A stretch of DNA of 64,000 nucleotides from positions 45,088 through 109,087 of the forward strand of contig JAUSJT010000004.1 of NCBI GenBank assembly GCA_030647485.1. Direction: 5' to 3'. This document shows, piece by piece, positions 42,547 to 52,066 of this stretch (position 1 is its first letter; each line of letters opens with the position of its first letter). A program made the translations under genes and the position numbers. Source of the stretch: a bacterium. Lineage in GTDB: Bacteria; Patescibacteriota; Minisyncoccia; Minisyncoccales; UBA10102. The notes under the pieces are model-generated. The model had not been told where the DNA came from and made no database searches. It worked only from the letters and a program-made list of their open reading frames with translations.

Positions 42547-43359
42547 ATGCAAAGATCACGAATATCACAAGAGATACAATGGCTTTTGGGAGAAAAGCAT
42601 CATGGGTTGCTTACGCCCTTTGCAAAAAAGGATATTGCCAAATTGCAAAAAGGGGAGCACGTGGACTACGTGATCGGTTTTGTTGATTTCTTAGGATGCA
42701 AAATTGACCTTTCTTTAAAGCCTCTTATCCCGCGGCCAGAAACAGAGTATTGGGTTGAAAGAGCGATACAAGAGATGAGGGGGAAGGGGAGTAGATTACA
42801 AACTAAAAACTACAAACTAAAAACTCTCGATATGTTTGCGGGATCAGGGTGTATTGGGGTTGCGATATTAAAACATATTCCCTGGGCTGTGGTTGACTTT
42901 GCAGAAAAAGACAAACGCTTGCTTTCGCAGTTACGCTTAAATGCAAAAAAGAACGGCATTGAAAAAAAGAGGTACCGTGTTTTGCATTCCGACATGTTTT
43001 CTGGAATCAAGGGGAAGTATGACTATATCTTTGCGAACCCTCCATATATCGCAGAATCCAGAAAGAGCAAGGTTCAAACATCAGTATTGAAGCATGAACC
43101 ACGAGAAGCTTTGTTTGCCGGCAAAGACGGTTTACGCGTCATTCGTCCATTCCTTAGCCAGGCTAAGGATTTTTTGGTTGAAGGAGGGAGTATATATCTT
43201 GAGTTTGATTCTCCACAGAAAAAAGAGATTGAGAAACTTCTTAGGAGGTTTCAATATCAGCATTGGCAATTCTGTAGAGATCAATACGAAAAGTGGCGAC
43301 TTGTTGTCATCCAAGAAAATCCTAAGAACGGAGGTGTTCTTCCAGCGCCTTTCTCATAA
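42547..43359 (+). CDS. prmC: Release-factor glutamine N5-methyltransferase PrmC/HemK
   Basis: DMFAGSGCIG motif I and FANPPYI catalytic motif. Confidence 0.85.
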   Translation: MQRSRISQEIQWLLGEKHHGLLTPFAKKDIAKLQKGEHVDYVIGFVDFLGCKIDLSLKPLIPRPETEYWVERAIQEMRGKGSRLQTKNYKLKTLDMFAGSGCIGVAILKHIPWAVVDFAEKDKRLLSQLRLNAKKNGIEKKRYRVLHSDMFSGIKGKYDYIFANPPYIAESRKSKVQTSVLKHEPREALFAGKDGLRVIRPFLSQAKDFLVEGGSIYLEFDSPQKKEIEKLLRRFQYQHWQFCRDQYEKWRLVVIQENPKNGGVLPAPFS

Positions 43360-44122
43360 TCTCTATAGGAGCATTCTGTTTAGTCCAAAGCTCAAATTGT
43401 TTTGCGGCCTGCCATAAAAACATTTCTTTCCCGCTGATCGCCTTAGCTCCTCTGCGTTTTGCTCGTTTCAGGAGTTCTGTTTGCGGGGGAGTATATATAA
43501 GATCAAATACAATCTGTCCCTTGTGAAGGTATTGATCTGGCACCAGGCATTCTTTTATATTCGGCATCATGCCGACCGGAGTAGCGTTGATAACAACATC
43601 TGCAGTCTGTATCTCAGAGATTTTCGAATAAGGGAGGTATCGGTCGCCAAGATTTGTGCGTTTTCTATCAAAGATCGTGATAAAGGCCCCCTTTCTTTTC
43701 AGAAAGTATATGACTGCTTTTGCGGCACCTCCGTTGCCCAGTACCATTACTTGTTTATTCTTCAAATTTACTTTTTGGAAAACCTTTTCTATACCAAAAA
43801 GATCGGTGTTGTAGCCACGTAAGACCCCCCTTCCATTTATTACTGTATTTACTGCTCCAATTTCTTTCGCTTGAGGTTCAATTTTATCAAGATATCGGAG
43901 AACCTGTTTTTTGTGGGGTATGGTTATAGCGTATTGAGCGATGTTGAATATGCGCATTGCCTCCATCGCTGTATGCAATTCTTCTGGTAGTACATCAAAA
44001 GCGAGATAGAGAGCGTTGATCTTATTCTTTCTAAATGCTGCAGAGTGGATGAGTGGACTCAGAGAATGGCCGATAGGATGGCCAATGACTGCGCATACAC
44101 TGGTTTTCTTGTGTTTGTTCAT
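43322..44122 (-). CDS. aroE: Shikimate dehydrogenase
   Basis: GHPIGHSLSPLIHSAAF, NTD, GNGGAAKA. Confidence 0.9.
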   Translation of the reverse strand: MNKHKKTSVCAVIGHPIGHSLSPLIHSAAFRKNKINALYLAFDVLPEELHTAMEAMRIFNIAQYAITIPHKKQVLRYLDKIEPQAKEIGAVNTVINGRGVLRGYNTDLFGIEKVFQKVNLKNKQVMVLGNGGAAKAVIYFLKRKGAFITIFDRKRTNLGDRYLPYSKISEIQTADVVINATPVGMMPNIKECLVPDQYLHKGQIVFDLIYTPPQTELLKRAKRRGAKAISGKEMFLWQAAKQFELWTKQNAPIEIMRKALEEHLRS

Positions 44123-44176
44123 GGCGTAGAGTTAAGTATATCAAAGTTTTGGCAAAAGTCGTGTATAATAGAAAGA

Positions 44177-45802
44177 ATGAATCTTGTTAAAGAACTCCGC
44201 GCAGTGGTACGGGGAGAAGTAGACGATTCTGAAGAAACGTTAGTGCGTTGCAGCCGTGACTGGAGTTTGTTTCAGGTTACTCCAAAGGCAGTGGTCTTTC
44301 CCAAAGACGAGCAGGATATAGAGTCGCTCGTGTCTTTCGCAAGCGCAAACCGTGTTTCTTTGACATGCAGGTCTGGGGGATCTGATATGACCGGGGGGCC
44401 GCTTTCAGATTCCATTGTGCTCGATATGCAAAAGTATTTTCGCGGTATTCAAGAAATAGGCAAGGATTTTGCCGTAGTACAGCCCGGAGTATGGTATCGC
44501 GATTTTGAAAAGGAAACCCTCAAGCATAATCTTATTCTCCCTTCGTATCCTGCATCGCGTGATTTGTGCACCATTGGAGGTATTGTTGCCAATAACTCGG
44601 GAGGAGAGAAAAGTTTGGCATACGGGAAGACTGACAAATATGTGCAAGAGCTTCGCGTGGTACTTGCAGACGGAAAGGTCCATACGATACGTCCGCTTTC
44701 AAAAGAAGAATTTGAAGTGAAGAAGAAAGAAGATGGGTTCGAGGGGGATATGTATAGGAAGGTGTTTGCGCTGGTAGAAGAGCATAGAGAGGTGATTCGT
44801 AACGCAAAGCCAAAAGTTTCCAAAAACTCATCGGGGTATGCGTTATGGGATGTATGGGACGGAAACACATTTGACCTTACCAAGCTTTTCGTAGGGTCCC
44901 AGGGGAGCCTCGGTATTATCACGCAAGCGCGTCTTCATCTGGTTCCGCCAGAAAAGTATTCAGCGCTTCTGGTTATGTTTGTGCATGACACGAGTCTTTT
45001 ATCTCGCATTATTGAAAAGATAGGACCGAAGAAACCCGAGAGTTTTGAATGTTATGACGATAGGGCATTAAAACTTGCCCTCCGTTTTCTTGGGGATTTT
45101 CTCCGAATCTTAAAACTTTCAAACGTACTTTCTTTAGCGTGGAGATTTCTTCCCGAGTTTAAGATGTTTTTGTTTGGAGGACTCCCCAAACTTGTCTTAC
45201 TTGCAGAGTTCACGGGTGATTCGTTTCTAGGCGCTCAGAGAAAGGCACGGGAAGCTGCGCAAGGGCTTGCAGGCATTCCCATTTCTTGGCGCGTCACAAA
45301 AAACGAAGAGGAGGAAGAAAAGTATTTTGCAATACGCCGTGCATCATTCCAGCTTTTGCATGAGCATCCCCAAGGGAAGACCGCGGCAGCGTTCATAGAT
45401 GATATTATTGTAAAGCCGGAAGATCTTCCTCGATTTCTTTCTCGACTCCAAAGCCTTTTAGAACCCTACGAAGATGACATCATCTACACCATTGCGGGGC
45501 ATATAGGGGATGCGAACTTTCATATTATTCCCCTTATTGATTTAAAAAATCCAGAAGCCAAGATGATTATCATAGAGCTTATGGAAAGGGTGCATCATTT
45601 GGTGTTTGAGTTTGGAGGCTCAATGTCAGCTGAACATAATGACGGGTTGTTGCGCACCCCGTTCGTTTCTGAAATGTATGGAGAAAAAGTATATGAGCTT
45701 TTTTTGAAGGTGAAAGATATATTTGATCCTTTGCGCATTTTCAATCCTGGCAAAAAAGTGGAAGGAGACATTAAGTTTGCGTTTCACCACATAGCCCCGT
45801 AA
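44177..45802 (+). CDS. FAD-linked oxidase (GlcD/FAD_binding_4 family)
   Basis: FAD-binding PCMH region RSGGSDMTGG...GGIVANNSGG; ATG 44177 avoids overlap with aroE. Confidence 0.8.
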   Translation: MNLVKELRAVVRGEVDDSEETLVRCSRDWSLFQVTPKAVVFPKDEQDIESLVSFASANRVSLTCRSGGSDMTGGPLSDSIVLDMQKYFRGIQEIGKDFAVVQPGVWYRDFEKETLKHNLILPSYPASRDLCTIGGIVANNSGGEKSLAYGKTDKYVQELRVVLADGKVHTIRPLSKEEFEVKKKEDGFEGDMYRKVFALVEEHREVIRNAKPKVSKNSSGYALWDVWDGNTFDLTKLFVGSQGSLGIITQARLHLVPPEKYSALLVMFVHDTSLLSRIIEKIGPKKPESFECYDDRALKLALRFLGDFLRILKLSNVLSLAWRFLPEFKMFLFGGLPKLVLLAEFTGDSFLGAQRKAREAAQGLAGIPISWRVTKNEEEEEKYFAIRRASFQLLHEHPQGKTAAAFIDDIIVKPEDLPRFLSRLQSLLEPYEDDIIYTIAGHIGDANFHIIPLIDLKNPEAKMIIIELMERVHHLVFEFGGSMSAEHNDGLLRTPFVSEMYGEKVYELFLKVKDIFDPLRIFNPGKKVEGDIKFAFHHIAP

Positions 45803-45923
45803 AAATCTCAATTCCCAATAGGTCATGGGTTGTACTCTTGACATGAGTTCTTGGTGAGGTCAGAATAAACCCAGCCCTTTCAGGAATGCTCTTTGTCCTA
45901 ATCACCTTCAGGACTTTTTTTCT

Positions 45924-46343
45924 ATGAAGCCCCTTCCTTTATTTTTGTTCGTCGCACTCATTGGTTTGATAGTTTTAGGTGTAGTCTCAAGAGATAGGAC
46001 AAGAACAGATGTCCTACCCTTTCAAGAGTCTCAAATACAGGAAAACCTCATTGAGGCAACGCTTACGGTTGAAGGGAAGACATACTTGGTTTCTTTGCCC
46101 AAAGGCAGTTCTGCGTACGACCTTATGGTTGTGGCGCAGGAAACCTCTGATTTTCAGTTCAGGGGACAAGAGTTTCCCGGCCTAGGATTTTTTATCCAGG
46201 AGATAAACGGCTTGGAGCAAAGTCCTAGACTAGGGAAGTATTGGATTTACTATATCAACGGTAAAAAGGCCGAGGTCGGAATATCAGCGTATACGGTGGA
46301 CACTCATGATATCATTTCATGGAAATATGAAGACGAAGAATAG
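45924..46343 (+). CDS. DUF4430 (transcobalamin-like) secreted protein
   Basis: GFFIQEINGLEQSPRLGKYWIYYINGKKAEVGISAY. Confidence 0.7.
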   Translation: MKPLPLFLFVALIGLIVLGVVSRDRTRTDVLPFQESQIQENLIEATLTVEGKTYLVSLPKGSSAYDLMVVAQETSDFQFRGQEFPGLGFFIQEINGLEQSPRLGKYWIYYINGKKAEVGISAYTVDTHDIISWKYEDEE

Positions 46344-48216
46344 CATCTCAAACTTAATTCCATTAAGTTATCCACAACTTAGTTTCATTAAGTTACAAGG
46401 CATTGCAGTTGTTGTTTTGGCGGCATTCTTTTTGTTGCCAGGGTTAGTATTAGCAGATGTGAACAGTGTCCTCTATATCCAGGGGCCAGGAGGATCCGTT
46501 CTCGTGAATACCTCCCTTGTTGTCCCGGAGAGTTGCACGGTGGTAGATAATGTTGGGGGGTCGCACAACTTTTCAGGTCACAAGGCGCCCTGTGCGATTC
46601 AAGCGGCAAAAGACACGAATCTGATCTCAAGTTTTGAGTTCAAGGATTATGGGGACCCTCTAGGGCTGTTCTTAAAAAGCATAAACGGTATTACAGACGG
46701 TCCAGCCCCAGATTTTCCGTATTGGAATTTGTGGCAGAATGGAGTTTTTGCGGAGGTCGGTATCAGCCAAGTTATTCTTGTTACGGGGGGCGACCTTCAG
46801 TTTACATATGGTCCCTATAAAACGGGAATTATTTCTGTTCCCCAGAAAGCGTCAGGGGGTCCTGTGGTTACCGATATCTATCCAAAGCGCGTAGCCGTGG
46901 AGGAAGCGATTTCGTTCCTTGTTGTGAATCAGCAAGATGACGGATCCTTTGGCCACTCTCTCTTTACCGATTGGGTCGCTATTGCTTTGGGCGCGTACAA
47001 CGGGAACAGCGCCTCTGCATTTTACGCAAAGAATGAGCTAGTACAGTGGATGAAGGAAAACCCGATTCCAGAAAGGAGCAGCCTCACTGATTTTGAAAGA
47101 AGGGCAATGGCATTGATGGCTCTAGGCATCAATCCTTATAACGGCACCAGTACAGATTATATCCAAGCTATTCTTAGTGAGTTTGACGGCCAGCAATTCG
47201 GGAACTCAAATCTGGTGAATGATGACGTTTTTGCGTTATTAGTGCTTTTGAAAGCGGGATACCAAGAAAAAGAAAAGCCCGTGGCGAGTGCGCTTCAATT
47301 TATTCTTAGCTTACAGCGAGAGAACGGTTCCTGGGGCGATGCGGATATGAGTGCGGCTGCAATTCAGATGTTAGATCTTGTTTCTTCTACAAAAGAGCGA
47401 GATCAGGCGGTTGAAAAGGCAAAAAAGTATTTGGAGGGAAAGCAAGAGAGCACGGGAGGATTTGGGAACGTGTATTCTACATCCTGGGTGCTGCAGGCCA
47501 TTTCTGCCATGCAGGGGAACGGCGACTCCTGGGTTATTGATAATAGAACGCCGGAACACTTCTTGGCGCTTCGCCAAGCCATCGATGGGGGATTGCTTCA
47601 ACTAGAATCAAAGGAGAATCGAATGTGGGCTACTTCCTATGCTGTACCCGCAGCCCTTGGGAAATCTTGGGGTTCTATTCTTAGTGCATTTGAAAAACCA
47701 TCAGCTCTTTCTTCACAGGAAAGTTCTTTCGCTCTTTCAGTTGTAAAAAAGGATAATGGAGTTCTTGAAACCATCAAACAGCAGATCATGGCTTTGCAGC
47801 AAGAGGTTGCCGTACTGCAAAAGCTTGAACAGATTCAAAGCGAACTCGATCTCATCGCCTTTCAAGTCAAGGCGGTTCGGGTTAGGGTTATAGCGTTTCA
47901 AGTCCAACAGCTTGCGCAGAAGGTGGGACAACCTAGGACAGAGGTTTTGGCGGAGGCACCAAAACTTCCTCAGGCATCTCCTATCGCAAAGGTGAGCCAG
48001 CCACAAGCTCCTTCTCAAGACCTATCTGGAATAACGCTCGTGCAGGAAGACGAGGCAGCTCCTTTGACTGCAGAGGCAAGAGAAGCAGCGGGTGCGCAAG
48101 GATTATCTCCTCAGCTTATTATTCTCCTTGTGATTATAGGAGGAGCGGTGTTCGTATTCTCTGGAGGCATGAATACCCTGCTTCCATATTTGCGCAGGAC
48201 TTTCTCTAAGGTATAA
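46327..48216 (+). CDS. Surface protein: DUF4430 domain + prenyltransferase/terpene-cyclase-like alpha/alpha-toroid repeats + coiled coil + C-terminal TM anchor
   Basis: FLKSINGITDG...YWNLWQNGVFAEVGIS; repeats QQDDGSFG, QRENGSWGD, QESTGGFGN; C-terminal LIILLVIIGGAVFVF. Confidence 0.65.
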   Translation: MKTKNSISNLIPLSYPQLSFIKLQGIAVVVLAAFFLLPGLVLADVNSVLYIQGPGGSVLVNTSLVVPESCTVVDNVGGSHNFSGHKAPCAIQAAKDTNLISSFEFKDYGDPLGLFLKSINGITDGPAPDFPYWNLWQNGVFAEVGISQVILVTGGDLQFTYGPYKTGIISVPQKASGGPVVTDIYPKRVAVEEAISFLVVNQQDDGSFGHSLFTDWVAIALGAYNGNSASAFYAKNELVQWMKENPIPERSSLTDFERRAMALMALGINPYNGTSTDYIQAILSEFDGQQFGNSNLVNDDVFALLVLLKAGYQEKEKPVASALQFILSLQRENGSWGDADMSAAAIQMLDLVSSTKERDQAVEKAKKYLEGKQESTGGFGNVYSTSWVLQAISAMQGNGDSWVIDNRTPEHFLALRQAIDGGLLQLESKENRMWATSYAVPAALGKSWGSILSAFEKPSALSSQESSFALSVVKKDNGVLETIKQQIMALQQEVAVLQKLEQIQSELDLIAFQVKAVRVRVIAFQVQQLAQKVGQPRTEVLAEAPKLPQASPIAKVSQPQAPSQDLSGITLVQEDEAAPLTAEAREAAGAQGLSPQLIILLVIIGGAVFVFSGGMNTLLPYLRRTFSKV

Positions 48217-48222
48217 TGAAGG

Positions 48223-48681
48223 ATGATCTATGTTGCTGCGGATCACGCAGGGTTTGAGTTGAAAGAGGAGATAAAAAAATATCTTCAAGAACAGGGAAAC
48301 AAAGTTGAAGACCTTGGTGCTTTTGAGTTTAATTCAGATGACGATTATCCGGACTTTATCGCGCCCGTGGCGAAAGCGGTAGCCCTTCGACAAGCTCAGG
48401 GCGAAAACAATACTAAGGGTATCGTTTTCGGGGGTTCAGGGCAGGGAGAGGCGATTGTTGCAAACAGACTCAAAGGAGTTCGCGCAGCCGTGTATTATGG
48501 AGGGAATCTCGACATCGTGAAACTTTCACGCCAGCACAACAATGCAAATATTCTTTCGCTTGGCGCCCGTTTCCTTAAGACAGAACAGGCGATTGAAGCC
48601 GTGGATCTCTGGCTCACAACTCCTTTTGAGGGAGGCCGGCATAAGAGAAGAATAAATAAAATCAAGGAATTAGAAAACTAA
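48223..48681 (+). CDS. rpiB: Ribose-5-phosphate isomerase B
   Basis: MIYVAADHAGFELKE..., GSGQGEAIVANR, LSLGARF. Confidence 0.9.
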   Translation: MIYVAADHAGFELKEEIKKYLQEQGNKVEDLGAFEFNSDDDYPDFIAPVAKAVALRQAQGENNTKGIVFGGSGQGEAIVANRLKGVRAAVYYGGNLDIVKLSRQHNNANILSLGARFLKTEQAIEAVDLWLTTPFEGGRHKRRINKIKELEN

Positions 48682-48715
48682 GCCTCGCTTAGTTATCCAC
48701 ACCTAAGCGAGGCTT
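48680..48715 (+). other. Perfect 13-bp stem hairpin (no U-tract)
   Basis: AAGCCTCGCTTAG-N10-CTAAGCGAGGCTT. Confidence 0.7.
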
Positions 48716-48738
48716 AGGCAGACTACTTAGGCAGACTA
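48713..48738. repeat. Perfect tandem duplication of 13-mer CTTAGGCAGACTA
   Basis: 48713-48725 and 48726-48738 identical, ending 2 nt before the rpe ATG. Confidence 0.8.
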
Positions 48739-48740
48739 TC

Positions 48741-49382
48741 ATGCAAAGAGTTGTCCCCGCTATCCTTACTCAAGATCCAAAAGAGCTCAAAGAAAAGCTT
48801 GAGTTGTTCCAAGGCCATACAAAATGGATGCATATTGATATTATGGACGGAACACTCGTGCCGGGCAGAACCATGAACCTATTTGAATTAGGAGAAGCTT
48901 CCAAGTTTTTTAATCTTGAGATTCATCTCATGGTGGAAGACCCCTTCAAGTATTTTGAGGATTGCGCAGGTCTTGGAGCCAAACGAGTTATTTTCCACCA
49001 GGAAGCCATACGAGCAAAAGAGCCCATGCTTTCTGCACTTGATTCTCATGAGTTCCAAAAGGGGATTGCGTTAAACAAGGTAACATCTCCAGAACTCATA
49101 TCTTCGTATGGGAAAAAGATTTCTTCTATACTTTTAATGGGTATTGAACCTGGGGCACAGGGCAGGCCGTTTGACTCTGTAGTTTTGGCAAGGGTAAAAA
49201 AGATGAAGGAGATGTATCCTTCTGTTTTGTGTGGTGTGGACGGAGGCATTGGGAAGGATAACATTCAGTCGGTTTTTGGCATTGGAGCTGATTATGCAGT
49301 GGTGGGGAGCGAAATAATGCAAGCCGAAGACCCGATTGCAGCTTTCAAAAAGTTCGAGGAGATGGTAGACTTACAGAAATGA
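48741..49382 (+). CDS. rpe: Ribulose-phosphate 3-epimerase
   Basis: HIDIMDGTLVP, HLMV, DGGI motifs. Confidence 0.8.
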   Translation: MQRVVPAILTQDPKELKEKLELFQGHTKWMHIDIMDGTLVPGRTMNLFELGEASKFFNLEIHLMVEDPFKYFEDCAGLGAKRVIFHQEAIRAKEPMLSALDSHEFQKGIALNKVTSPELISSYGKKISSILLMGIEPGAQGRPFDSVVLARVKKMKEMYPSVLCGVDGGIGKDNIQSVFGIGADYAVVGSEIMQAEDPIAAFKKFEEMVDLQK

Positions 49383-49996
49383 ACTCTCGTAATTCTCAAA
49401 TTTTGATTGGAGTATTGCTTATCCTTGTTGTAGGAGGAGTTTTCGTCTGGCAGTATTTGGGAACACCAAAGGAGGAAGCCAAAGACGAAACCGCCGATTG
49501 GAATATTTACCGAAATGAACTGCTCGGGTTTTCTTTGAAAGTACCCCTTGAATACCAACGATCGTATGAGGAACCGCAGGCTTCATACCCTGTATATAAG
49601 CTCTACACGGACGATAAAGAACAGGCGATAGAGGAAAAGGGAGGTAAGCTTGTTGCTTCGCAGATTTCAATTGTCTTTGCGCCAGTCGGAGGGGTAACCC
49701 TAGCACAAATAAGAAAATCAATAGAGGAACTTAGAGTGTTGAACGCAGGAGAAAAAATACAAGAGGATGAGGCATTTGAGAAAATAGGAAATAAGGACAT
49801 AGATGGCTGTAAGGGCGTTACCTTTCAACAGCTTGATTCTCTCCAAAGCAGATTAGTTTTTTCTTGCTTACTGGAGGTTGATGTAGACGAAGCCACCTAC
49901 GTAACGACTACTCTTTCCTCAAGAAGTGAATTCATTGGTAAGTACAAGGAGATATACGACAAGATCTTGTCTACGTTTCAGTTTGTTGAAAAATGA
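49379..49996 (+). CDS. Secreted/anchored hypothetical protein
   Basis: N-terminal TM; 4-nt overlaps with both neighbours. Confidence 0.6.
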   Translation: MNSRNSQILIGVLLILVVGGVFVWQYLGTPKEEAKDETADWNIYRNELLGFSLKVPLEYQRSYEEPQASYPVYKLYTDDKEQAIEEKGGKLVASQISIVFAPVGGVTLAQIRKSIEELRVLNAGEKIQEDEAFEKIGNKDIDGCKGVTFQQLDSLQSRLVFSCLLEVDVDEATYVTTTLSSRSEFIGKYKEIYDKILSTFQFVEK

Positions 49997-50880
49997 AAAA
50001 AGAATATTCCACCAAGGATTTAGAAAAGAAGGCGAACGAGATTCGCCAGGATATTATAAGGATGCTTGTGAAAGCAGGGTCTGGCCATTCGGCAGGGCCC
50101 TTGGGCATGGCAGATGTTTTTACTGCTTTGTATTTTAACGTATTGAAACATGATTCCAAGCGCCCTGACTGGGAAGAGAGAGATCGTCTGATCCTTTCTA
50201 ATGGACATATTTGTCCTGTTAGGTACGCTGCTATGGCTCATGCGGGATATTTCCCAATACAGGAATTAGATACGTTTCGAAAGTTCGGTTCCAGATTACA
50301 GGGGCATCCAGAACGAGAACGGCTCCCTGGACTTGAAACCACATCAGGGCCTTTGGGTTCTGGGTTGTCGCAGGCTTCAGGCATAGCATACGTGGGAAAA
50401 CATATTGATAAAACAACATGGAGGGTATATTGCGTGATGTCTGATGGCGAGCAGGAAGCCGGCCAAACATGGGAAGCTGCAATGTTTGCGGGAAAGAACA
50501 GGCTTGATAACCTTTGCGCTATTATTGACCGCAACAACATTCAAATAGACGGGTTTACCGAAGATGTCATGCCTCTGGAATCCTTGAAAGCAAAGTACGA
50601 GGCGTTTAACTGGCACGTATTGGAGGTTGACGGCCACAACATTGAAGGCATTGTTGACGCATGCAATCAGGCAAAGGCAATACACCAAAAACCCACTGTT
50701 TTTATCTGTCACACCATTCCTGGCAAAGGAGTAAGCTTTATGGAGAACGACTTTAAGTGGCACGGCGCTCCTCCCGGAGTTTCTAATATGCCAGGGGAGC
50801 CGGCAAAAGAAGACCAGGTGGGTATTGCCTTAAAAGAATTGAGAACATTGCAAGGGAAAATCATTTCAGAACATGAATAA
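49993..50880 (+). CDS. tkt: Transketolase, N-terminal (TPP-binding) subunit
   Basis: GHSAGPLGMADV, SNGH, GPLGSGLSQA, SDGEQEAGQTWEA. Confidence 0.9.
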   Translation: MKKEYSTKDLEKKANEIRQDIIRMLVKAGSGHSAGPLGMADVFTALYFNVLKHDSKRPDWEERDRLILSNGHICPVRYAAMAHAGYFPIQELDTFRKFGSRLQGHPERERLPGLETTSGPLGSGLSQASGIAYVGKHIDKTTWRVYCVMSDGEQEAGQTWEAAMFAGKNRLDNLCAIIDRNNIQIDGFTEDVMPLESLKAKYEAFNWHVLEVDGHNIEGIVDACNQAKAIHQKPTVFICHTIPGKGVSFMENDFKWHGAPPGVSNMPGEPAKEDQVGIALKELRTLQGKIISEHE

Positions 50881-50886
50881 TAAAAT

Positions 50887-51084
50887 ATGAATGTGCTTTC
50901 GAATATTCTTATTGGATTCGCCCTTTTCTTTCTTGTTGTGTTTGGCGTTGGTGGTCTCTTTGCATTCGGTAATCAATGCAACGATCCGATAATCTGTTTC
51001 TCCAATAGAATGAATATGGTTATCGGGTTGCTTATTGCACAGTGTTCTATTCTACTTGCCATTTATTTGAAGAGAAATGATTAA
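50887..51084 (+). CDS. 65-aa two-TM micro-protein between the transketolase halves
   Basis: Hydrophobic ORF, 8-nt overlap with tktC start. Confidence 0.45.
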   Translation: MNVLSNILIGFALFFLVVFGVGGLFAFGNQCNDPIICFSNRMNMVIGLLIAQCSILLAIYLKRND

Positions 51085-52066
51085 TCCAAAAGCATATTTA
51101 ACTGAAAAGCTGTTTCAGGACGATATTGAGAAAGTCCCAACCAGAAACGGGTATGGAGAAGGGTTGGTCCAGGCCGGAGAGGAGAATACGCAGGTGGTAG
51201 TGCTGTGCGCTGATTTGACTGAATCAACACGATCTGAAGCGTTTCAAAAGAAGTTTCCAGAACGGTTTATTGAAGTTGGTGTGGCAGAGCAGAATATGGC
51301 TTCTTTGGCAGCTGGTATGGCATTGGCAGGGAAGATTCCTTTTATTTCTTCCTATGCAACATTCTCTCCTGGAAGGAACAATGAGCAAATCCGCACCACT
51401 ATTGCAATTAACAATGTGAATGTGAAAATTGCAGGAGCGCACGCGGGAGTTTCGGTTGGCCCTGATGGCGCAACGCATCAGGCCTTAGAAGATATTGCGT
51501 TAATGCGTGTGATGCCACGCATGAACGTTATATATCCTTGCGATGCGTTAGAGGCAAAAAAGGCAACCCTAGCTGCCGCGCGCATGAAGGGACCCGTATA
51601 CTTGCGTTTTGCAAGAGCGGGAACCCCGCAGTTCACAACAGAAAAAACTCCTTTTCAGATAGGTAAGGCGGAGGTGTTTCATGAAGGTAAAGATGTCACT
51701 ATCGTTGCGTGCGGGCCCTTGGTATATGAAGCTCTGCTTGCAGCTCAACAACTTGAAGGGGAAGGAATTTCTGTTGAAGTGATAAATAATCATACTATAA
51801 AACCGCTCGATCAGAATACGATTTTAGAATCGGTGCAAAAAACAAAAGCGCTTGTAACCGTTGAAGAGCATCAGATTGCGGGAGGAATGGGGAGCGCAGT
51901 TGTAGAAATGCTTGCCCAGCGTTTTCCAGTTCCAGTTGAAATGGTGGGAATAAAAGACCGCTTTGGGGAATCAGGGGAACCTAGTGAGTTATGGGATGCT
52001 TTTGAGTTAAGCTGTCCTCATATTATGCAAGCAGTACAAAAAGTAATAAAAAGGAAAATAGCATGA
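51077..52066 (+). CDS. tkt: Transketolase, C-terminal (pyrimidine-binding) subunit
   Basis: FIEVGVAEQNM, GPDGATHQALEDIA. Confidence 0.9.
   Translation: MINPKAYLTEKLFQDDIEKVPTRNGYGEGLVQAGEENTQVVVLCADLTESTRSEAFQKKFPERFIEVGVAEQNMASLAAGMALAGKIPFISSYATFSPGRNNEQIRTTIAINNVNVKIAGAHAGVSVGPDGATHQALEDIALMRVMPRMNVIYPCDALEAKKATLAAARMKGPVYLRFARAGTPQFTTEKTPFQIGKAEVFHEGKDVTIVACGPLVYEALLAAQQLEGEGISVEVINNHTIKPLDQNTILESVQKTKALVTVEEHQIAGGMGSAVVEMLAQRFPVPVEMVGIKDRFGESGEPSELWDAFELSCPHIMQAVQKVIKRKIA

Noticed and set aside
42520-42549. TTGACA-17-TGATAT promoter overlapping the prmC ATG as another leaderless case
   Set aside because: The -10 box would overlap the start codon itself, so transcription would begin inside the ORF. 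There is no downstream alternative Met, so the geometry is inconsistent.
43322-43359. 38-nt convergent 3' overlap of prmC and aroE, and the ORF-track start 44045 that would make the FAD oxidase overlap the aroE 5' end
   Set aside because: - The convergent tail overlap is ordinary in compact genomes.
- The 44045 extension is antisense to aroE coding sequence and has no FAD-oxidase similarity.
- ATG 44177 was used instead.
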